Origin: Aerococcus sp.
GTDB lineage: Bacteria; Bacillota; Bacilli; Lactobacillales; Aerococcaceae
Assembly (NCBI GenBank): GCA_030528285.1
Contig: JAUMZE010000007.1
Location: forward strand, 19,316-83,315
DNA length: 64,000 bases
Reading direction: 5' to 3'
Numbering within the stretch: the stretch's first letter is position 1; each line of letters opens with the position of its first letter. The translations under genes and the position numbers were made by a program. Below are positions 10,271-22,070 of the stretch, piece by piece. The notes under the pieces are model-generated. The model was not told the origin of the DNA, searched no databases, and was given only the letters and a program-made list of their open reading frames with translations.

Positions 10271-11206
10271 ATGAGTGCGAAAATCATTTTCCAAACAAAT
10301 CAACTATCAAAAAACTACGGCCAACAGTTTGCGCTCGATCATTTTGATCTGACGGTGCGCCAAGGCGAAATTATTGGGATTGCTGGGCCGAATGGGGCAG
10401 GGAAAACGACCCTGTTCAAGATTCTAACCGGGCTCACCCCGCATTATGATGGCACGTTGACGCTATTTGATGAATCACGTCCGCATAATCTCCAACAGAT
10501 GCGGCGTTACATCGGAGCTGTGATTGAAGAACCTGCCTTCTATCCGGAACTCTCTGCCCGTGAAAATCTGGAAGTCTTCCGGTTGCAGCGGGGCGTTGTG
10601 GAAGTGGAGCGCGTAGAGGAATTACTCGAACTATTTGGGCTCGATCAGACGGGGAAGAAAGCCTTGAAGCATTTCTCACTCGGAATGAAACAGCGCCTCG
10701 CCATGGCTCAATCGCTCCTCCACCGTCCGGATTTATTAATATTCGATGAGCCGATTAATGGATTGGACCCCCAGGTGATTCTTGATCTCCGCCAGATTTT
10801 CCATCATTTGGCGCATGACCTTAATCTCACGCTCCTCATCTCCTCCCATATTCTCTCGGAACTTGAGGAAGTGTGCGACCGCTTTGTGATTATTAACCAC
10901 GGGCAGAAACTCCGCGAATTCACCAAACAGGAGCTCCACACAATGACGAAGGATTTCTATCTTCTCAGAGTGGACCAACCGAAAAAGGCAGCGACAGTGA
11001 TCGAACAACAGCTACATACGGAAAACTACGAGATCGATGCCCAACAAGCGATTCGATTCTTCGATTTGACGATCGATCCTGCATTGGTTAACCGAACCCT
11101 CGTCCAAAATGATATCCAGGTGAGTGAACTGGCCGCAAACCGTCTCCAGCTCGAGGATCTATTCATGCAGATTGTAAGCCAAGCACAACCAAATAAGAAA
11201 GGGTGA
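10271..11206 (+). CDS. ABC ATPase, BcrA/LanF-like peptide-resistance type
   Basis: GPNGAGKT, IEEPAFYPELSARENL, FSLGMKQRL, DEPINGLDP, SSHILSE. Confidence 0.9.
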   Translation: MSAKIIFQTNQLSKNYGQQFALDHFDLTVRQGEIIGIAGPNGAGKTTLFKILTGLTPHYDGTLTLFDESRPHNLQQMRRYIGAVIEEPAFYPELSARENLEVFRLQRGVVEVERVEELLELFGLDQTGKKALKHFSLGMKQRLAMAQSLLHRPDLLIFDEPINGLDPQVILDLRQIFHHLAHDLNLTLLISSHILSELEEVCDRFVIINHGQKLREFTKQELHTMTKDFYLLRVDQPKKAATVIEQQLHTENYEIDAQQAIRFFDLTIDPALVNRTLVQNDIQVSELAANRLQLEDLFMQIVSQAQPNKKG

Positions 11207-11982
11207 TTCTCATGTTACAACTAATGAAAGCAGAAACCGTTCAACTACGCAAAAATATGCGATCTTTTTTCCTTCTCTTTTCCGTTTTGGGAGCGATCGT
11301 CACTGCTTATTTCCAAGTAATCCTCAAATGGCTTTCCGGATTTCCTGCTCTGGAGGTCACAGGCTTAGATACACTCCCAACAGCCATCGAAATGGGAAGA
11401 ATGTTCCTGGAATCTTCTGGAACGGTGATTCTCGTACTCTTGTTAGTTGATTTCGTCTTCCATCATGAGAACTCTAATCGTACGATGATCAACTTAATTA
11501 CGACGGGACATTCTCGGACAACTATTTATTTAGAAAAATGGATCACGATGCTACTAACAGGGCTTATTGCTTACCTTCTCTACTGGGCCATTCTTCTGCC
11601 ACTCTATTTCTTAATTTATCATCCTGGGCATCTCATGATTGATTGGAACTTCATCGGAGGCGAAATACTGGCATTGATGAGTTACTGGGGACTCTATGCC
11701 TGCTTAGGAACGGCCTTTGTCTTTAATCAAAAGAATGAAACATTGGCTTTAGTAATGGCCTATCTCTTCGCTTTTCTTGGAGGATCATTGGTGAATTTAG
11801 TAATGAGTCATTTGGTTCCTAACCTGTTCACCAAAATAGGACCCTTTCTCTTCTTCAATCTGAATCCGTCGAACCCGATCATATGGCACCATTGGAATAT
11901 TAACTGGCTGTTGATGATCCTCTGGGGGGTAGTATTCCTCTTCATCGGTTGGATTTTCTTCAAGAATAGAGACGTGAACTAA
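11203..11982 (+). CDS. ABC transporter permease (BcrB/LanE-like)
   Basis: Six TM segments; E.SNRTM.NL.TTG.SR...EK motif; ends FFKNRDVN. Confidence 0.8.
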   Translation: MILMLQLMKAETVQLRKNMRSFFLLFSVLGAIVTAYFQVILKWLSGFPALEVTGLDTLPTAIEMGRMFLESSGTVILVLLLVDFVFHHENSNRTMINLITTGHSRTTIYLEKWITMLLTGLIAYLLYWAILLPLYFLIYHPGHLMIDWNFIGGEILALMSYWGLYACLGTAFVFNQKNETLALVMAYLFAFLGGSLVNLVMSHLVPNLFTKIGPFLFFNLNPSNPIIWHHWNINWLLMILWGVVFLFIGWIFFKNRDVN

Positions 11983-12078
11983 CAGCAAATGTAATAAAAC
12001 ATACAAGCTGAATCACAACGCGCTACTAGCTGTGAGCGCGTTTTCCGCTATAATGAAACAGAAAAAGGGGGCGTCAGT

Positions 12079-12978
12079 GTGTTTTTATGGGGGGTTGTGT
12101 TATTGATCGTCGGAGGGGTTATAGGATATAGCTACCACTATTACCAAGTCCGAAAAGAAGTCCAAGAACTCAAGAAACAGCTCCAGCATATGGAGAGATT
12201 TCCCTCTGAGTATCGGTTGGTGACGCATCATCCGCATACAGGGTTGGAGGCGTTGGTTATGAGTTTCAACCATACCTACCAGATCGAGCGCGCCCACCAG
12301 CACCAACTCGAACAGCAGGAGCAGCAACTGCGCGAAGACCTAGGGAATATCTCCCATGATCTGAGAACCCCACTGACCGCGATTATTGGTTATCTGGAGC
12401 TGATTCAAGCTGAGGAGACGCACACAGAGGTTGCCTCCTCCCACCTCGATTATGCGATGCGCCGCGCCAATAAATTAACACTCCTCATCCAGAATCTGTT
12501 CTTCCTCTCCAAACTCGAGCAGCAGGTCTTAGAACTCAAACAGGCTCCGCTCGCCATCGACCAAAAACTCACGGATATCTTAGTGAGTCACTATCCCTTG
12601 CTACAATCCGCCTCGATCACTATTGAAGAGGTCACGATTCACCCGACCCCATTAGTATCGACCAATGCGGAGGCGGTAGATCGGATCTTTACCAATTTAT
12701 TGCTCAATATGATCGCGCACGGGACGGGAACGGCATCGATTGAACATCGTAAGACACCTCAGGGGATCGTGACTCGGTTTACGAATGGGATCCAACCAGA
12801 TGAACCAATCGATCTCACCAGGATTTTTCAACGGCACTACACGCAGAGTCACGAGCGCTCACAGGGTCATGCGGGGCTGGGGCTTGCGATCTGCCACGAG
12901 CTCGTTACACAGCTAGGGCACACCCTCACTGCGACACAACCAACGCCTGATACCTTCCAGATTGAAATTATTTGGTAG
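12079..12978 (+). CDS. Intramembrane-sensing histidine kinase
   Basis: Single N-terminal TM, ISHDLRTPLT H-box, GLGLAI G-box. Confidence 0.92.
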   Translation: MFLWGVVLLIVGGVIGYSYHYYQVRKEVQELKKQLQHMERFPSEYRLVTHHPHTGLEALVMSFNHTYQIERAHQHQLEQQEQQLREDLGNISHDLRTPLTAIIGYLELIQAEETHTEVASSHLDYAMRRANKLTLLIQNLFFLSKLEQQVLELKQAPLAIDQKLTDILVSHYPLLQSASITIEEVTIHPTPLVSTNAEAVDRIFTNLLLNMIAHGTGTASIEHRKTPQGIVTRFTNGIQPDEPIDLTRIFQRHYTQSHERSQGHAGLGLAICHELVTQLGHTLTATQPTPDTFQIEIIW

Positions 12979-13060
12979 ACGAGAGTCAGGGGGCTCTCAG
13001 GCGTTGAAGGTGGCACTAGTGATTTCCACTGCCCTTATCCGTCACCATTTAGGCGACACG

Positions 13061-13107
13061 CAAAAAACCATCGATCTAGTGTTTTTAAGCACCAGGTCGA
13101 TGGTTTT
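13061..13107. terminator. Bidirectional terminator
   Basis: AAAACCATCGA...TCGATGGTTTT between convergent genes. Confidence 0.7.
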
Positions 13108-13123
13108 CATTAGGTTGGAGTCA

Positions 13124-14566
13124 TTAGAGACTCGTTGCTTTTTCTTTTTCAGCGATCTTCGGCAGGATCATCCCTAAACCAACGAGGACGATCGGGGTCA
13201 CGATATTCAGCCCAATTTCAAATGGGGAACCTTTGAACATCCCAAGCATGCAGCAGGCCGCCGTTACGAAGAAGCACCAGTAACCAGCGACTTTTCCGAT
13301 CGATTGTTGCTTGATGAATTTGTAATCAGAAGCAAACTTGTGGGATTGTGATTTCAAGGCGATGTAAGCCACGAATACCCAGAGATAACGCAGTGGCATG
13401 CAGACTGCATTCAGCTGAGTAAAGGCACGCAATACCGCTGTCACATTGCCAATCCCAAACATTGGGAGCACGATCAGTGGGGTCACGATTGCTACGACGA
13501 GCCAAATCCCGTTGATATAGGCGCCTTTATCATTCTTCTTGAGTAATTTCTTTGGAATGAATTCGCGCGAGATCTCGCTATCCAATAAGATCCGCAGTGG
13601 CGCATCAATCGAGATGACGAGCACGGAGAACTGACCGATCAAGTTGCAGAGGGCGTAAATCACCACGAAAGTATTGCCTAAGTGGTAGTACTCACCCAAA
13701 CGTTGGAAGGCCCAGTATGCGCCATTCGCTACATACGAGTCGAAGTTCGCATTGATCTCCTGGACATTAAACATCATCCCAAGGGCAATTGTTCCCATAA
13801 TGGCTGAGAAGACCACCATCACAGCGAGGAAGATCATTCCACGTGGAAATTCCTTAGATGGATCTTTCATCTTGTTAACGTACGGCGAGATTTTCTCACA
13901 GCCACCCACCGCAAACACGAGGATCGATAAAGATGTGAGATATTGGAGGTCAAATTTTGGAACGAGATTATTCAAGCTCCAGTCAATCGTTTGATAATGC
14001 GCCGCTGGATTGATCGCTGGTGCAGCAATCATCATCACAATGAACAACAGCCCCATAATGAACATCGAGCTCCCCGCAATCGTAGCGAGGGTCTTGAGTG
14101 GATTCATCCCTTTCGATGCCACCCAGGCAAAGAAGAGAAACACTACCAGGGTCACCGCCTGAATTAGTTTGATATTCATCCCATCATAGAGCGATGAATT
14201 CTGGAACACGACCCAGCTGAGGGCTTTCAATCCCCCGGTTGCTTTGGAGGCGATGTATGGCATATGAACCACCCAATATGTCCAGCCCGCATAGTACGCG
14301 AGTTTGGCGGTTGTCGTTCCTTCAATCCAGGAACTCACGCCACCCCCAGCCTCCTTGAAGGTCGAGCCTAATTCCCCAACCATCAATGCATAAGGGATAA
14401 AGTACAGGGCAAACATCAAAATCCAGCTGAAAATGACCTGAACACCGTTAAAGTAAACGAAGCCATTCACAGCATTCCCAAAGCCCCATACAGCCGCAAA
14501 AGCCATGAATGCCAAGTTATACCAATTGAGATACTGCTGCTTGGTCTTTTCCTGTTGCAAATCCAT
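13124..14566 (-). CDS. APC-family amino acid permease (YjeM/GadC-like)
   Basis: VWGFGN, YALMVGELGS, GGVSSW, FAVGGCEKISPY; about 12 TM segments. Confidence 0.88.
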   Translation of the reverse strand: MDLQQEKTKQQYLNWYNLAFMAFAAVWGFGNAVNGFVYFNGVQVIFSWILMFALYFIPYALMVGELGSTFKEAGGGVSSWIEGTTTAKLAYYAGWTYWVVHMPYIASKATGGLKALSWVVFQNSSLYDGMNIKLIQAVTLVVFLFFAWVASKGMNPLKTLATIAGSSMFIMGLLFIVMMIAAPAINPAAHYQTIDWSLNNLVPKFDLQYLTSLSILVFAVGGCEKISPYVNKMKDPSKEFPRGMIFLAVMVVFSAIMGTIALGMMFNVQEINANFDSYVANGAYWAFQRLGEYYHLGNTFVVIYALCNLIGQFSVLVISIDAPLRILLDSEISREFIPKKLLKKNDKGAYINGIWLVVAIVTPLIVLPMFGIGNVTAVLRAFTQLNAVCMPLRYLWVFVAYIALKSQSHKFASDYKFIKQQSIGKVAGYWCFFVTAACCMLGMFKGSPFEIGLNIVTPIVLVGLGMILPKIAEKEKATSL

Positions 14567-14770
14567 TGTCTCATCTCCTACTTTCTTAGTTTATTCTTTA
14601 TTATTTTACTTGGATTAATCCTCATAAGCTATAGAAAAATGCATTTTCATTTAAAAATTTTTACTGAAATAAAGTAAGAGATGGGGAGAATTAAGGGAGA
14701 TTTATTTGCGGTTTAGAGAATGATCGCGCATACTGAGAAGAGTCAGTTTATCGTTTAGAAGGAGGACGTT

Positions 14771-15691
14771 ATGCAGTCACGTACGATTCATTTAATGGGG
14801 ACATTCATTACTACGAGTCTCGACCATCCAGATGGGGACCAGATTCTCGCTGAAACAAAGGACAGGCTCTATGACTACAATCAGCGGTTCAGCGCGAATG
14901 ATGAGACGTCCCTCCTGATGCAGATCAATCATTCAGCGGGAACACGTTTCATCCAGGTGCCCGAGGATCTCTACACCCTCATCAAAATCGGGAAGCAGGC
15001 GAGTATCGACAGTCACGGCGCCCTCAATATTGCGATCGGCCCCCTGATCAAGCAGTGGCACATTGGATTCAAGGATGCCAAGGTGCCCAGTGAGGAAGCC
15101 ATCCAGGAAGCGCTGAGTCATATCGATCCTACAAAAATCGAACTGAATGACACTGAGCGCACGGTGAAACTCCTGGATTCTGGGATGGAAATAGATCTCG
15201 GAGCGATTGCGAAGGGGTATTTTGCGGATAAGATCCTCGAATTCTGGGAGAAACGCGGTGTTCAGCGCGGGTTAATCAATCTCGGGGGAAATGTCAAGGT
15301 CATGGGGCCATCTGAACATCCAGATCAACTCTGGCGTATCGGCATTCAAGATCCCTCCAAGCCCAGAAATACTCTGTTGACCTCCGTTATGATTCAATCA
15401 GGATCTGTCGTGACCTCTGGGATCTATGAACGCTCCCTCACTGTGAACGGACAGCCCTATCACCATATTTTTGATGGGGAGAGTGGCTATCCGATCCACA
15501 ATGACATTGCGAGTGTCACGATTATTGCGCCCAAATCCCTCACCTGTGAGATCTGGACGACGCGGTTATTTGCGAGTGCATCTGCTACTGAGGCGCTTGA
15601 TCGTCTGAACCACCTCAAGATGCGGGGAATCAGTGGGATTATTATTGATCGTGATAGAAAGATCTATATTGCCGACAGCTTAAAAGGCTAG
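14771..15691 (+). CDS. apbE: FAD:protein FMN transferase, no signal peptide
   Basis: MGT, DLGAIAKGY, LGGN, VVTSGIYER, YHHI motifs. Confidence 0.9.
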   Translation: MQSRTIHLMGTFITTSLDHPDGDQILAETKDRLYDYNQRFSANDETSLLMQINHSAGTRFIQVPEDLYTLIKIGKQASIDSHGALNIAIGPLIKQWHIGFKDAKVPSEEAIQEALSHIDPTKIELNDTERTVKLLDSGMEIDLGAIAKGYFADKILEFWEKRGVQRGLINLGGNVKVMGPSEHPDQLWRIGIQDPSKPRNTLLTSVMIQSGSVVTSGIYERSLTVNGQPYHHIFDGESGYPIHNDIASVTIIAPKSLTCEIWTTRLFASASATEALDRLNHLKMRGISGIIIDRDRKIYIADSLKG

Positions 15692-15705
15692 GCAACTTGA
15701 TGCAA

Positions 15706-15873
15706 TCACGCACACAACGATGATATTTTTAAATAGAAATCCTCTGCGGTGATGCGACTAGCCCCTCGTTCTACCTTGGAATAGAAAGATGGAGTCACAA
15801 CTCCAGCCGCCCTCTCACGCTGATTGAACCCTCGTTCCCGGCGATATTGGTAGAGTGTTTGTCCGATATTCAT
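15706..15873 (-). pseudogene. Truncated XRE-HTH of an Rgg/MutR-like regulator
   Basis: 55 aa MNIGQTL...SFYSKVERG...ITAEDF with GAAGGAG RBS; stops right after the HTH. Confidence 0.65.
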
Positions 15874-15938
15874 TTCCGCATCTCCTTCAAACAAAGCCAG
15901 CGATACTTTGTTAAAAGATCGCTGGCTTTGTATATTCA

Positions 15939-18581
15939 TTATGCTTCTGTTTCGTCATCTGGGGTCGTCTCATCTTCAGTTAATAGTTGATCTGTGAGAT
16001 CCTGCAGCTTATCTGCCACAGCCTCATCACTCAACTGCGGAGATTCAAGCACACCGCTATCACTCGCTGCTTGAGCATTTGCTGTTGGTGTGTCGGTTGG
16101 TTCGCCACCGTCTGCTACTGTCGTCTCTTCGCTCGTTTCATCCTCGTCGTCCAATGCCACAAGTGCCATCGCTGACACGAAGCTTTCACTATCGAGGCGC
16201 ATCAACCTCACGCCCTGAGTGGAGCGGCTCATTTGCGAGATATCTGCACTGTGGAAACGAATCACAACTCCTTCATTCGTCATCAAAATCACGTCTTCCG
16301 TTTGATCAATGGCTTTGAGTCCGATCAAGCGACCCGTCTTTTGATTGAGATTGGCGGTTTTGACCCCTTTACCGCCACGATGCTGCACGCTGTATTCACT
16401 CATCGGTGTGCGTTTACCATAACCATTTTCGCTGACAACGAAGACATCATCATCTAATTTCAAGCGATCAGCGCCAACGACTTCATCGCCTGCTTTGAGG
16501 GAGATCCCGCGTACACCGGTTGCGGAACGGCCAATGCTGCGGACATCCTGCTCATTGAAGGTAATCGCAAAACCATCTTTGGTCCCGAGAATGATCTGCT
16601 GTTCTCCATCCGTCAACATCACGCTGACCAACTCATCGTCCTCTTTGAGTTTGATCGCAATCAGCCCATTCGCGCGGATATGGATATATTCATTCGCCTT
16701 CGTTCGCTTCACGGTGCCTCGTTTCGTGACGAAGAAGAGTTCCTCATGTTGCGCCGCTTCTTCATCACCGGAGACATTGATCGTTGCACGCACAAATTCG
16801 TCCTGATCGAGATCTAACAGGTTAATGATCGGGAGTCCCTTGGCAGTCCGGCTGTATTCCGGAATGTCATACCCTTTGAGGCTGTAAACGCGCCCTTTGT
16901 TGGTGAAACAGAGAATGACATCATGGGTCGAGGTCGAGAGGAGAGTTTCGATATAATCCCCATCCTGGAGCGCCATGCCCTTGACACCACGGCCGCCACG
17001 ATTCTGCGTATGGAAGGTATCCTCATCCACGCGTTTAATATAACCGTTATGGCTCAAAGTAATCAAGACGTTGGTTTCCTCAATGAGGTCTTCATCATCA
17101 ATACTGGTGATCTCACCGACGCGCAGTTCCGTCCGACGTTCATCCCCGAAACGGTGCTGGATCTCTAATAATTCCTCATAGATGATCTGGTAGCGTTTCT
17201 CTTCGCTCGCCAATACTTCATTCAAGTAATCGATCCGTTCACGTAACTCTTTCCATTCATTGTCGATCTTCTCACGTTCGAGTCCGGTTAAGCGCACCAT
17301 CCGCATATCGAGAATGGCTTGCGATTGTTTGTCGGATAACCCGTACCGTTCGCTGAAAATCTGTTTAGCTTCGTCCCCAGTTTTGGAGGAACGGAGAATT
17401 TCCACGATCGCATCAATATGATCGAGCGCTGTCTGTAAGCCTTCCAGGATATGTACCCGGGCTTCGGCTTTCTTCTTTTCGAACAGAGAGCGCCGTCTGA
17501 TGACTTCCTCTTGGTGATCGAGATAGTAGCGGAGCATGTCCTTCAAGCTGAGGAGTTTCGGAACCCCCTTAACAATCGCCACCATGTTGAAGTTGAAATT
17601 CGTCTGGAGCTGGGTTTCCTTGTAGAGGTTGTTGAGAATGACGCTCGCACTGGCATCTTTGCGGCATTCGATCACGATTCGCATTCCGTCACGCCCAGAT
17701 TCATCGCGGACAGCCGTAATACCGTCGATCCGTTTATCGCGGGCAAGATTAGCGATCCGTTCCACGAGGCGCGCCTTATTGACCATGTACGGAATTTCCG
17801 TGATGAGGAGGCGTTCCTTACCATTCGCCATCTGGTCAATATCGACCTTCGCACGCAGCACAATGTGGCCACGTCCGGTTTCATAGGCTTTCCGAATACC
17901 GGATTTCCCCATGACAATCCCACCGGTTGGAAAGTCTGGCCCTGGCAGTACACTCATTAATTCCGTCGTGGAGATATCCGGATTTTTCATGAGGAGATGG
18001 AGGGCAGAAATTACCTCACTCAAATTGTGAGGCGGAATATTGGTAGTCATCCCCACCGCAATCCCCGTCGCTCCATTCACAATCAGATTCGGGAAACGCG
18101 CCGGCAAGATTTCCGGTTCCCGTTCTTCCCCGTCGTAGTTTGGAATGAAGTCAACGGTATCTTTGTTGATGTCTCTGACCATTTCCATCGCGATTTTACT
18201 CATACGCGCTTCGGTATAACGCATGGCTGCTGCTTGGTCTCCATCAATTGACCCGAAATTACCGTGGCCGTCAATTAATTCATAGCGGTAGGAGAAATCC
18301 TGCGCCATCCGCACCATAGATTCATAGATTGCGGAGTCGCCGTGTGGATGGTATTTCCCCATGACGTCCCCAACAATACGTGCGGACTTCTTGTAAGGTT
18401 TATCGGGAGTGACACCGACCTCGTTCATCCCATAGAGAATGCGACGATGAACTGGCTTCAACCCGTCTCTAACATCTGGGAGCGCCCGTGCCACGATCAC
18501 GCTCATCGCATAATCGAGGAAGGAGTTTCGCATCTCATTTGAGAGATCACGCGTTGTCTGATTAGTAATTTCTTCTGACAT
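15939..18581 (-). CDS. gyrA: DNA gyrase subunit A
   Basis: [18 protein letters not shown], GyrA box QNRGGRG, acidic tail. Confidence 0.99.
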   Translation of the reverse strand: MSEEITNQTTRDLSNEMRNSFLDYAMSVIVARALPDVRDGLKPVHRRILYGMNEVGVTPDKPYKKSARIVGDVMGKYHPHGDSAIYESMVRMAQDFSYRYELIDGHGNFGSIDGDQAAAMRYTEARMSKIAMEMVRDINKDTVDFIPNYDGEEREPEILPARFPNLIVNGATGIAVGMTTNIPPHNLSEVISALHLLMKNPDISTTELMSVLPGPDFPTGGIVMGKSGIRKAYETGRGHIVLRAKVDIDQMANGKERLLITEIPYMVNKARLVERIANLARDKRIDGITAVRDESGRDGMRIVIECRKDASASVILNNLYKETQLQTNFNFNMVAIVKGVPKLLSLKDMLRYYLDHQEEVIRRRSLFEKKKAEARVHILEGLQTALDHIDAIVEILRSSKTGDEAKQIFSERYGLSDKQSQAILDMRMVRLTGLEREKIDNEWKELRERIDYLNEVLASEEKRYQIIYEELLEIQHRFGDERRTELRVGEITSIDDEDLIEETNVLITLSHNGYIKRVDEDTFHTQNRGGRGVKGMALQDGDYIETLLSTSTHDVILCFTNKGRVYSLKGYDIPEYSRTAKGLPIINLLDLDQDEFVRATINVSGDEEAAQHEELFFVTKRGTVKRTKANEYIHIRANGLIAIKLKEDDELVSVMLTDGEQQIILGTKDGFAITFNEQDVRSIGRSATGVRGISLKAGDEVVGADRLKLDDDVFVVSENGYGKRTPMSEYSVQHRGGKGVKTANLNQKTGRLIGLKAIDQTEDVILMTNEGVVIRFHSADISQMSRSTQGVRLMRLDSESFVSAMALVALDDEDETSEETTVADGGEPTDTPTANAQAASDSGVLESPQLSDEAVADKLQDLTDQLLTEDETTPDDETEA

Positions 18582-18596
18582 TCGTTTTCATCCCTC

Positions 18597-20681
18597 CTAT
18601 AAATCAATCGTAGCGTAAGTAGCGTTGTCTTCAATAAATTGACGGCGATCGGATACCTCGTCCCCCATCAGCATGTCAATGTAGTGATCGGCTTCCTCTG
18701 CGTCTGCCACCGTCACCTGTAACATTTTCCGGTTATCAGGATTCATTGTCGTTGCCCACAATTGTTCTGGGTCCATTTCCCCAAGCCCTTTGTAGCGCTG
18801 AACAGCTGGTTTCGGTTTTTCAGGGAGAGACTTGAGATATTGGTCGAGTTCCGCATCGGTATCGAGGTAACGCACCACTTTGCCTTGGCGTACCTGATAG
18901 AGCGGTGGCACGGCGATATAGACGTAGCCTGCTTCGATCAGTGGACGCATGTAACGATAGAGCAGGGTGAGGAGAAGAATCCGAATATGCGCTCCGTCCA
19001 CATCGGCATCGGTCATGATGACAAGTTTGTGGTAGCGGGCCTTTTCCACATCGAATTCATTGCCCCAACCTGTCCCCATTGCAGTAAACATTGAGCGAAT
19101 TTCCTCGTTCGCGAGAATCCGATCGAGACTGGCTTTTTCGACGTTCAAGATCTTCCCACGAATTGGGAGGATCGCCTGGAAATGACGGTCCCTACCGAGT
19201 TTTGCGGAACCCCCAGCGGAATTCCCCTCGACAATGAATAACTCACATTCTTCAGGCATCCGGCTGGAACAATCCGCGAGTTTCCCTGGCAGATTACTGA
19301 TTTCAAGTCCTGATTTCTTTCGTGTCATTTCACGGGCACGTTTTGCGGCATTGCGGGCTTTGGAGGCCACGATCCCTTTATCGACAATCTCACGCGCCGC
19401 ACTTGGATGTTCGAGCAGGAAGCGATCGAAGTGATTCCCAAACAAACGATCCGTAATTGTCCGCACCTCGGAGTTACCGAGTTTCATCTTGGTTTGTCCT
19501 TCAAATTGCGGATTTGGATGGCGAACGGAGACGATCAGGGTGAGCCCTTCACGCACATCATCCCCGCTCAGGTTATCGTCCTTTTCTTTGAGGAGATTCT
19601 GGGAGCGCGCGTAGTCATTAATCGAACGCGTCAGGGCGGTTTTTACCCCCGATTCATGTGTCCCACCCTCGAAGGTATGGATGTTGTTGGCGAAACTCAT
19701 AATGTGGGGCTGGAAACCAGTCGTATATTGGAGCGCGACTTCGACTTCGATCCCGTTCTGTTCGTCTTCCAGATAGATCGGTTCATCAAAGAGCACTTCT
19801 TTCCCATCATTGAGGAAATCAACATACTCCTGAATCCCGCCGTTGAACTGGTATTCGACCTGCTGCTCCAAACCTTCCCGTTTATCCTCCAAGCTGATGA
19901 GGAGGCCCTTGTTGAGAAAGGCGAGTTCGCGTACTCGTTGATTAAGAGTATTGAAGTCATAAATAATTTCGTCATCAAAAATGTCGCTGTCGGCCTTGAA
20001 ATGAACCTCTGTCCCATGTTTATCGGTGTCGCCAATTACGTGGACATCGCCGAGAATATGGCCGCGACTGTATTCTTGATGGTAAATCTGGCCTTCCTTG
20101 TGTACAGAGACATCGAGATGTTCAGAGAGAGCGTTCACGACCGAGGCCCCCACCCCATGGAGTCCTCCAGAAACTTTATATCCGCCACCGCCGAATTTAC
20201 CGCCCGCATGGAGCACCGTAAAGACGGTCTCAACGGCTGGACGTCCGGTTGTTGGCTGAATATCAACTGGGATCCCCCGGCCATTATCGGTGACCGTGAT
20301 GGAGTTATCCTGTTCAATCTGGATATCAATTCTGTTAGCGAATCCAGCGAGTGCTTCATCGATCGAGTTGTCTACAATCTCCCAAACGAGATGATGAAGT
20401 CCGGTACTGCTCGTTGATCCAATATACATCCCCGGCCGTTTGCGCACCGCTTCAAGTCCTTTTAAGACTTGAATCTGACTCGCATTGTAGTCTTTGGCGA
20501 GCTGAATTTTTTCTTCCTCGCTCATTTGATGTTCATCGAGAGTTGGATGATTGGCTGCAATCTCCTCCCCCAGTGCTTTCGCCGTTTGCTCGTCCAGCTC
20601 ATTCACGGATTCTTTTGGATTGTCTTGTTTGTTCGTTTGATTTTGGTTGTTTGAGTCAAATGGGTTCGTGTTTTCCTTCAC
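18597..20681 (-). CDS. gyrB: DNA gyrase subunit B
   Basis: [41 protein letters not shown]. Confidence 0.99.
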   Translation of the reverse strand: MKENTNPFDSNNQNQTNKQDNPKESVNELDEQTAKALGEEIAANHPTLDEHQMSEEEKIQLAKDYNASQIQVLKGLEAVRKRPGMYIGSTSSTGLHHLVWEIVDNSIDEALAGFANRIDIQIEQDNSITVTDNGRGIPVDIQPTTGRPAVETVFTVLHAGGKFGGGGYKVSGGLHGVGASVVNALSEHLDVSVHKEGQIYHQEYSRGHILGDVHVIGDTDKHGTEVHFKADSDIFDDEIIYDFNTLNQRVRELAFLNKGLLISLEDKREGLEQQVEYQFNGGIQEYVDFLNDGKEVLFDEPIYLEDEQNGIEVEVALQYTTGFQPHIMSFANNIHTFEGGTHESGVKTALTRSINDYARSQNLLKEKDDNLSGDDVREGLTLIVSVRHPNPQFEGQTKMKLGNSEVRTITDRLFGNHFDRFLLEHPSAAREIVDKGIVASKARNAAKRAREMTRKKSGLEISNLPGKLADCSSRMPEECELFIVEGNSAGGSAKLGRDRHFQAILPIRGKILNVEKASLDRILANEEIRSMFTAMGTGWGNEFDVEKARYHKLVIMTDADVDGAHIRILLLTLLYRYMRPLIEAGYVYIAVPPLYQVRQGKVVRYLDTDAELDQYLKSLPEKPKPAVQRYKGLGEMDPEQLWATTMNPDNRKMLQVTVADAEEADHYIDMLMGDEVSDRRQFIEDNATYATIDL

Positions 20682-20683
20682 GT

Positions 20684-21814
20684 TTAATCACTTACCTCTC
20701 TCTTCACATGACCACCCTCAATATGAAAGAGGGTCGGCTGATGAATTTGTTCTTGTTTCACACCATCGAGACTAGTCGTCGTCAAGAATGTTTGCGTCCG
20801 GCTTTCGATGGCTTTGAGTAGATGGGTTTGGCGGCGATCGTCCAATTCACTGAGGACATCATCCAACAAGAGGATTGGATAATCCCCTAAAACCTGCTCC
20901 ATACATTCGATTTCCGCAAGTTTCAAACTGAGCGCGGTGGTACGTTGCTGACCTTGGGAGCCAAACTTTTGCACCTCTTGCCCATTAATGAAGAAAGTCA
21001 CGTCTTCACGCTGCGGGCCAAAGAGGGTAACCCCCTTCTCAATTTCCTTTGATTTTACGTCCTTGAAATGCGCCATTAAGGTACTTTGGAGTTCCGCTTC
21101 CGGATGATCCTTTGTTTCTGGAAGGGCGATTGTCGCCAGATATTTCACACTGAGCGTTTCTTTGCCTTCAGAGAGCTCCTCATGAATGGGGCGAGCGATG
21201 GTTTCAAGTTGATCAATAAACTGTTGACGCATCAACATAATCATGCTCGCACTCTGGATCAATTGTTCAGTGAGAACTTCCAGATAGACTTGATCGGTTG
21301 TTTCACGGCGCTGGAGTTGTTTCAGATAGGCGTTGCGCTGTTTTAATAGGCGTTGATACTGCGATGATTCGTGAAGATAGCGCGCATTCATCTGACTCAA
21401 TTCCATATCAATAAATTTGCGACGCTGCTGGGGGGAGCCTTTGACGAGTTCGAGATCCTCAGGCGCAAATAAGACGACATTCAACATTCCCACATAATCA
21501 CTGAGCCGGCGCTGTTCGAGATGATTAACTTTGGCTGCTTTGCCGTGCTTGGTGAGCGTGAGGGTGAGGGGAACGGTCGTATGCTTCTTCTCGAGGATCC
21601 CCTCCAGCCGAGCAAAATCTGCACCCCAACCGATAACTTCGCGGTCTTTCGCAGTGCGGTGACTACGAGCCAAGGACAACATATAAATAGCCTCCAGGAG
21701 ATTCGTTTTCCCTTGGGCATTCTCGCCGATGAATACGTTGATCCCCGGAGCGAAGGTCACTTCTTGGTCCTCATAATTTCTAAAATGTGTCAGCTTGAGC
21801 GAATTAAGTCTCAT
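20684..21814 (-). CDS. recF: DNA replication/repair protein RecF
   Basis: [28 protein letters not shown]; synteny. Confidence 0.98.
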   Translation of the reverse strand: MRLNSLKLTHFRNYEDQEVTFAPGINVFIGENAQGKTNLLEAIYMLSLARSHRTAKDREVIGWGADFARLEGILEKKHTTVPLTLTLTKHGKAAKVNHLEQRRLSDYVGMLNVVLFAPEDLELVKGSPQQRRKFIDMELSQMNARYLHESSQYQRLLKQRNAYLKQLQRRETTDQVYLEVLTEQLIQSASMIMLMRQQFIDQLETIARPIHEELSEGKETLSVKYLATIALPETKDHPEAELQSTLMAHFKDVKSKEIEKGVTLFGPQREDVTFFINGQEVQKFGSQGQQRTTALSLKLAEIECMEQVLGDYPILLLDDVLSELDDRRQTHLLKAIESRTQTFLTTTSLDGVKQEQIHQPTLFHIEGGHVKREVSD

Positions 21815-22070
21815 CGTTATCCGTCACCGTGGTCGCCTCTGATTCGGCTTCGATAATGAAATCTCCCTCGACGTTCGCAAATTGAACATGCATGCCTGGA
21901 TATAACTTCCGACCACGCCGCTGTTCCAGTTCACCATCGACCCACACCTCATTGTTTTGTAAGTAGGGTTTTACTTGTCCCCCGGTTTGAATGATCGCTA
22001 GGGCCTTGAGCAATTGCGTTAGGGTGATATATTCCTCATCAATCGTGACAAAAAATTGCTCCTGTTCCAC
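21804..22070 (-). CDS. yaaA: S4-domain RNA-binding protein
   Basis: YITLTQLLK...TGGQ.K...VDGELEQRRGRKL; lies between dnaN and recF. Confidence 0.92.
   Translation of the reverse strand: MEQEQFFVTIDEEYITLTQLLKALAIIQTGGQVKPYLQNNEVWVDGELEQRRGRKLYPGMHVQFANVEGDFIIEAESEATTVTDNDET

Noticed and set aside
18300-18360. Quinolone-resistance substitution in GyrA
   Set aside because: The QRDR reads HGDSAIYE, with wild-type Ser and Glu.
19407-20417. 336-aa ORF antisense to gyrB (also 43240-44082 antisense to hutU and similar shadows)
   Set aside because: Antisense shadows of conserved genes, expected from codon bias; no RBS or motifs.
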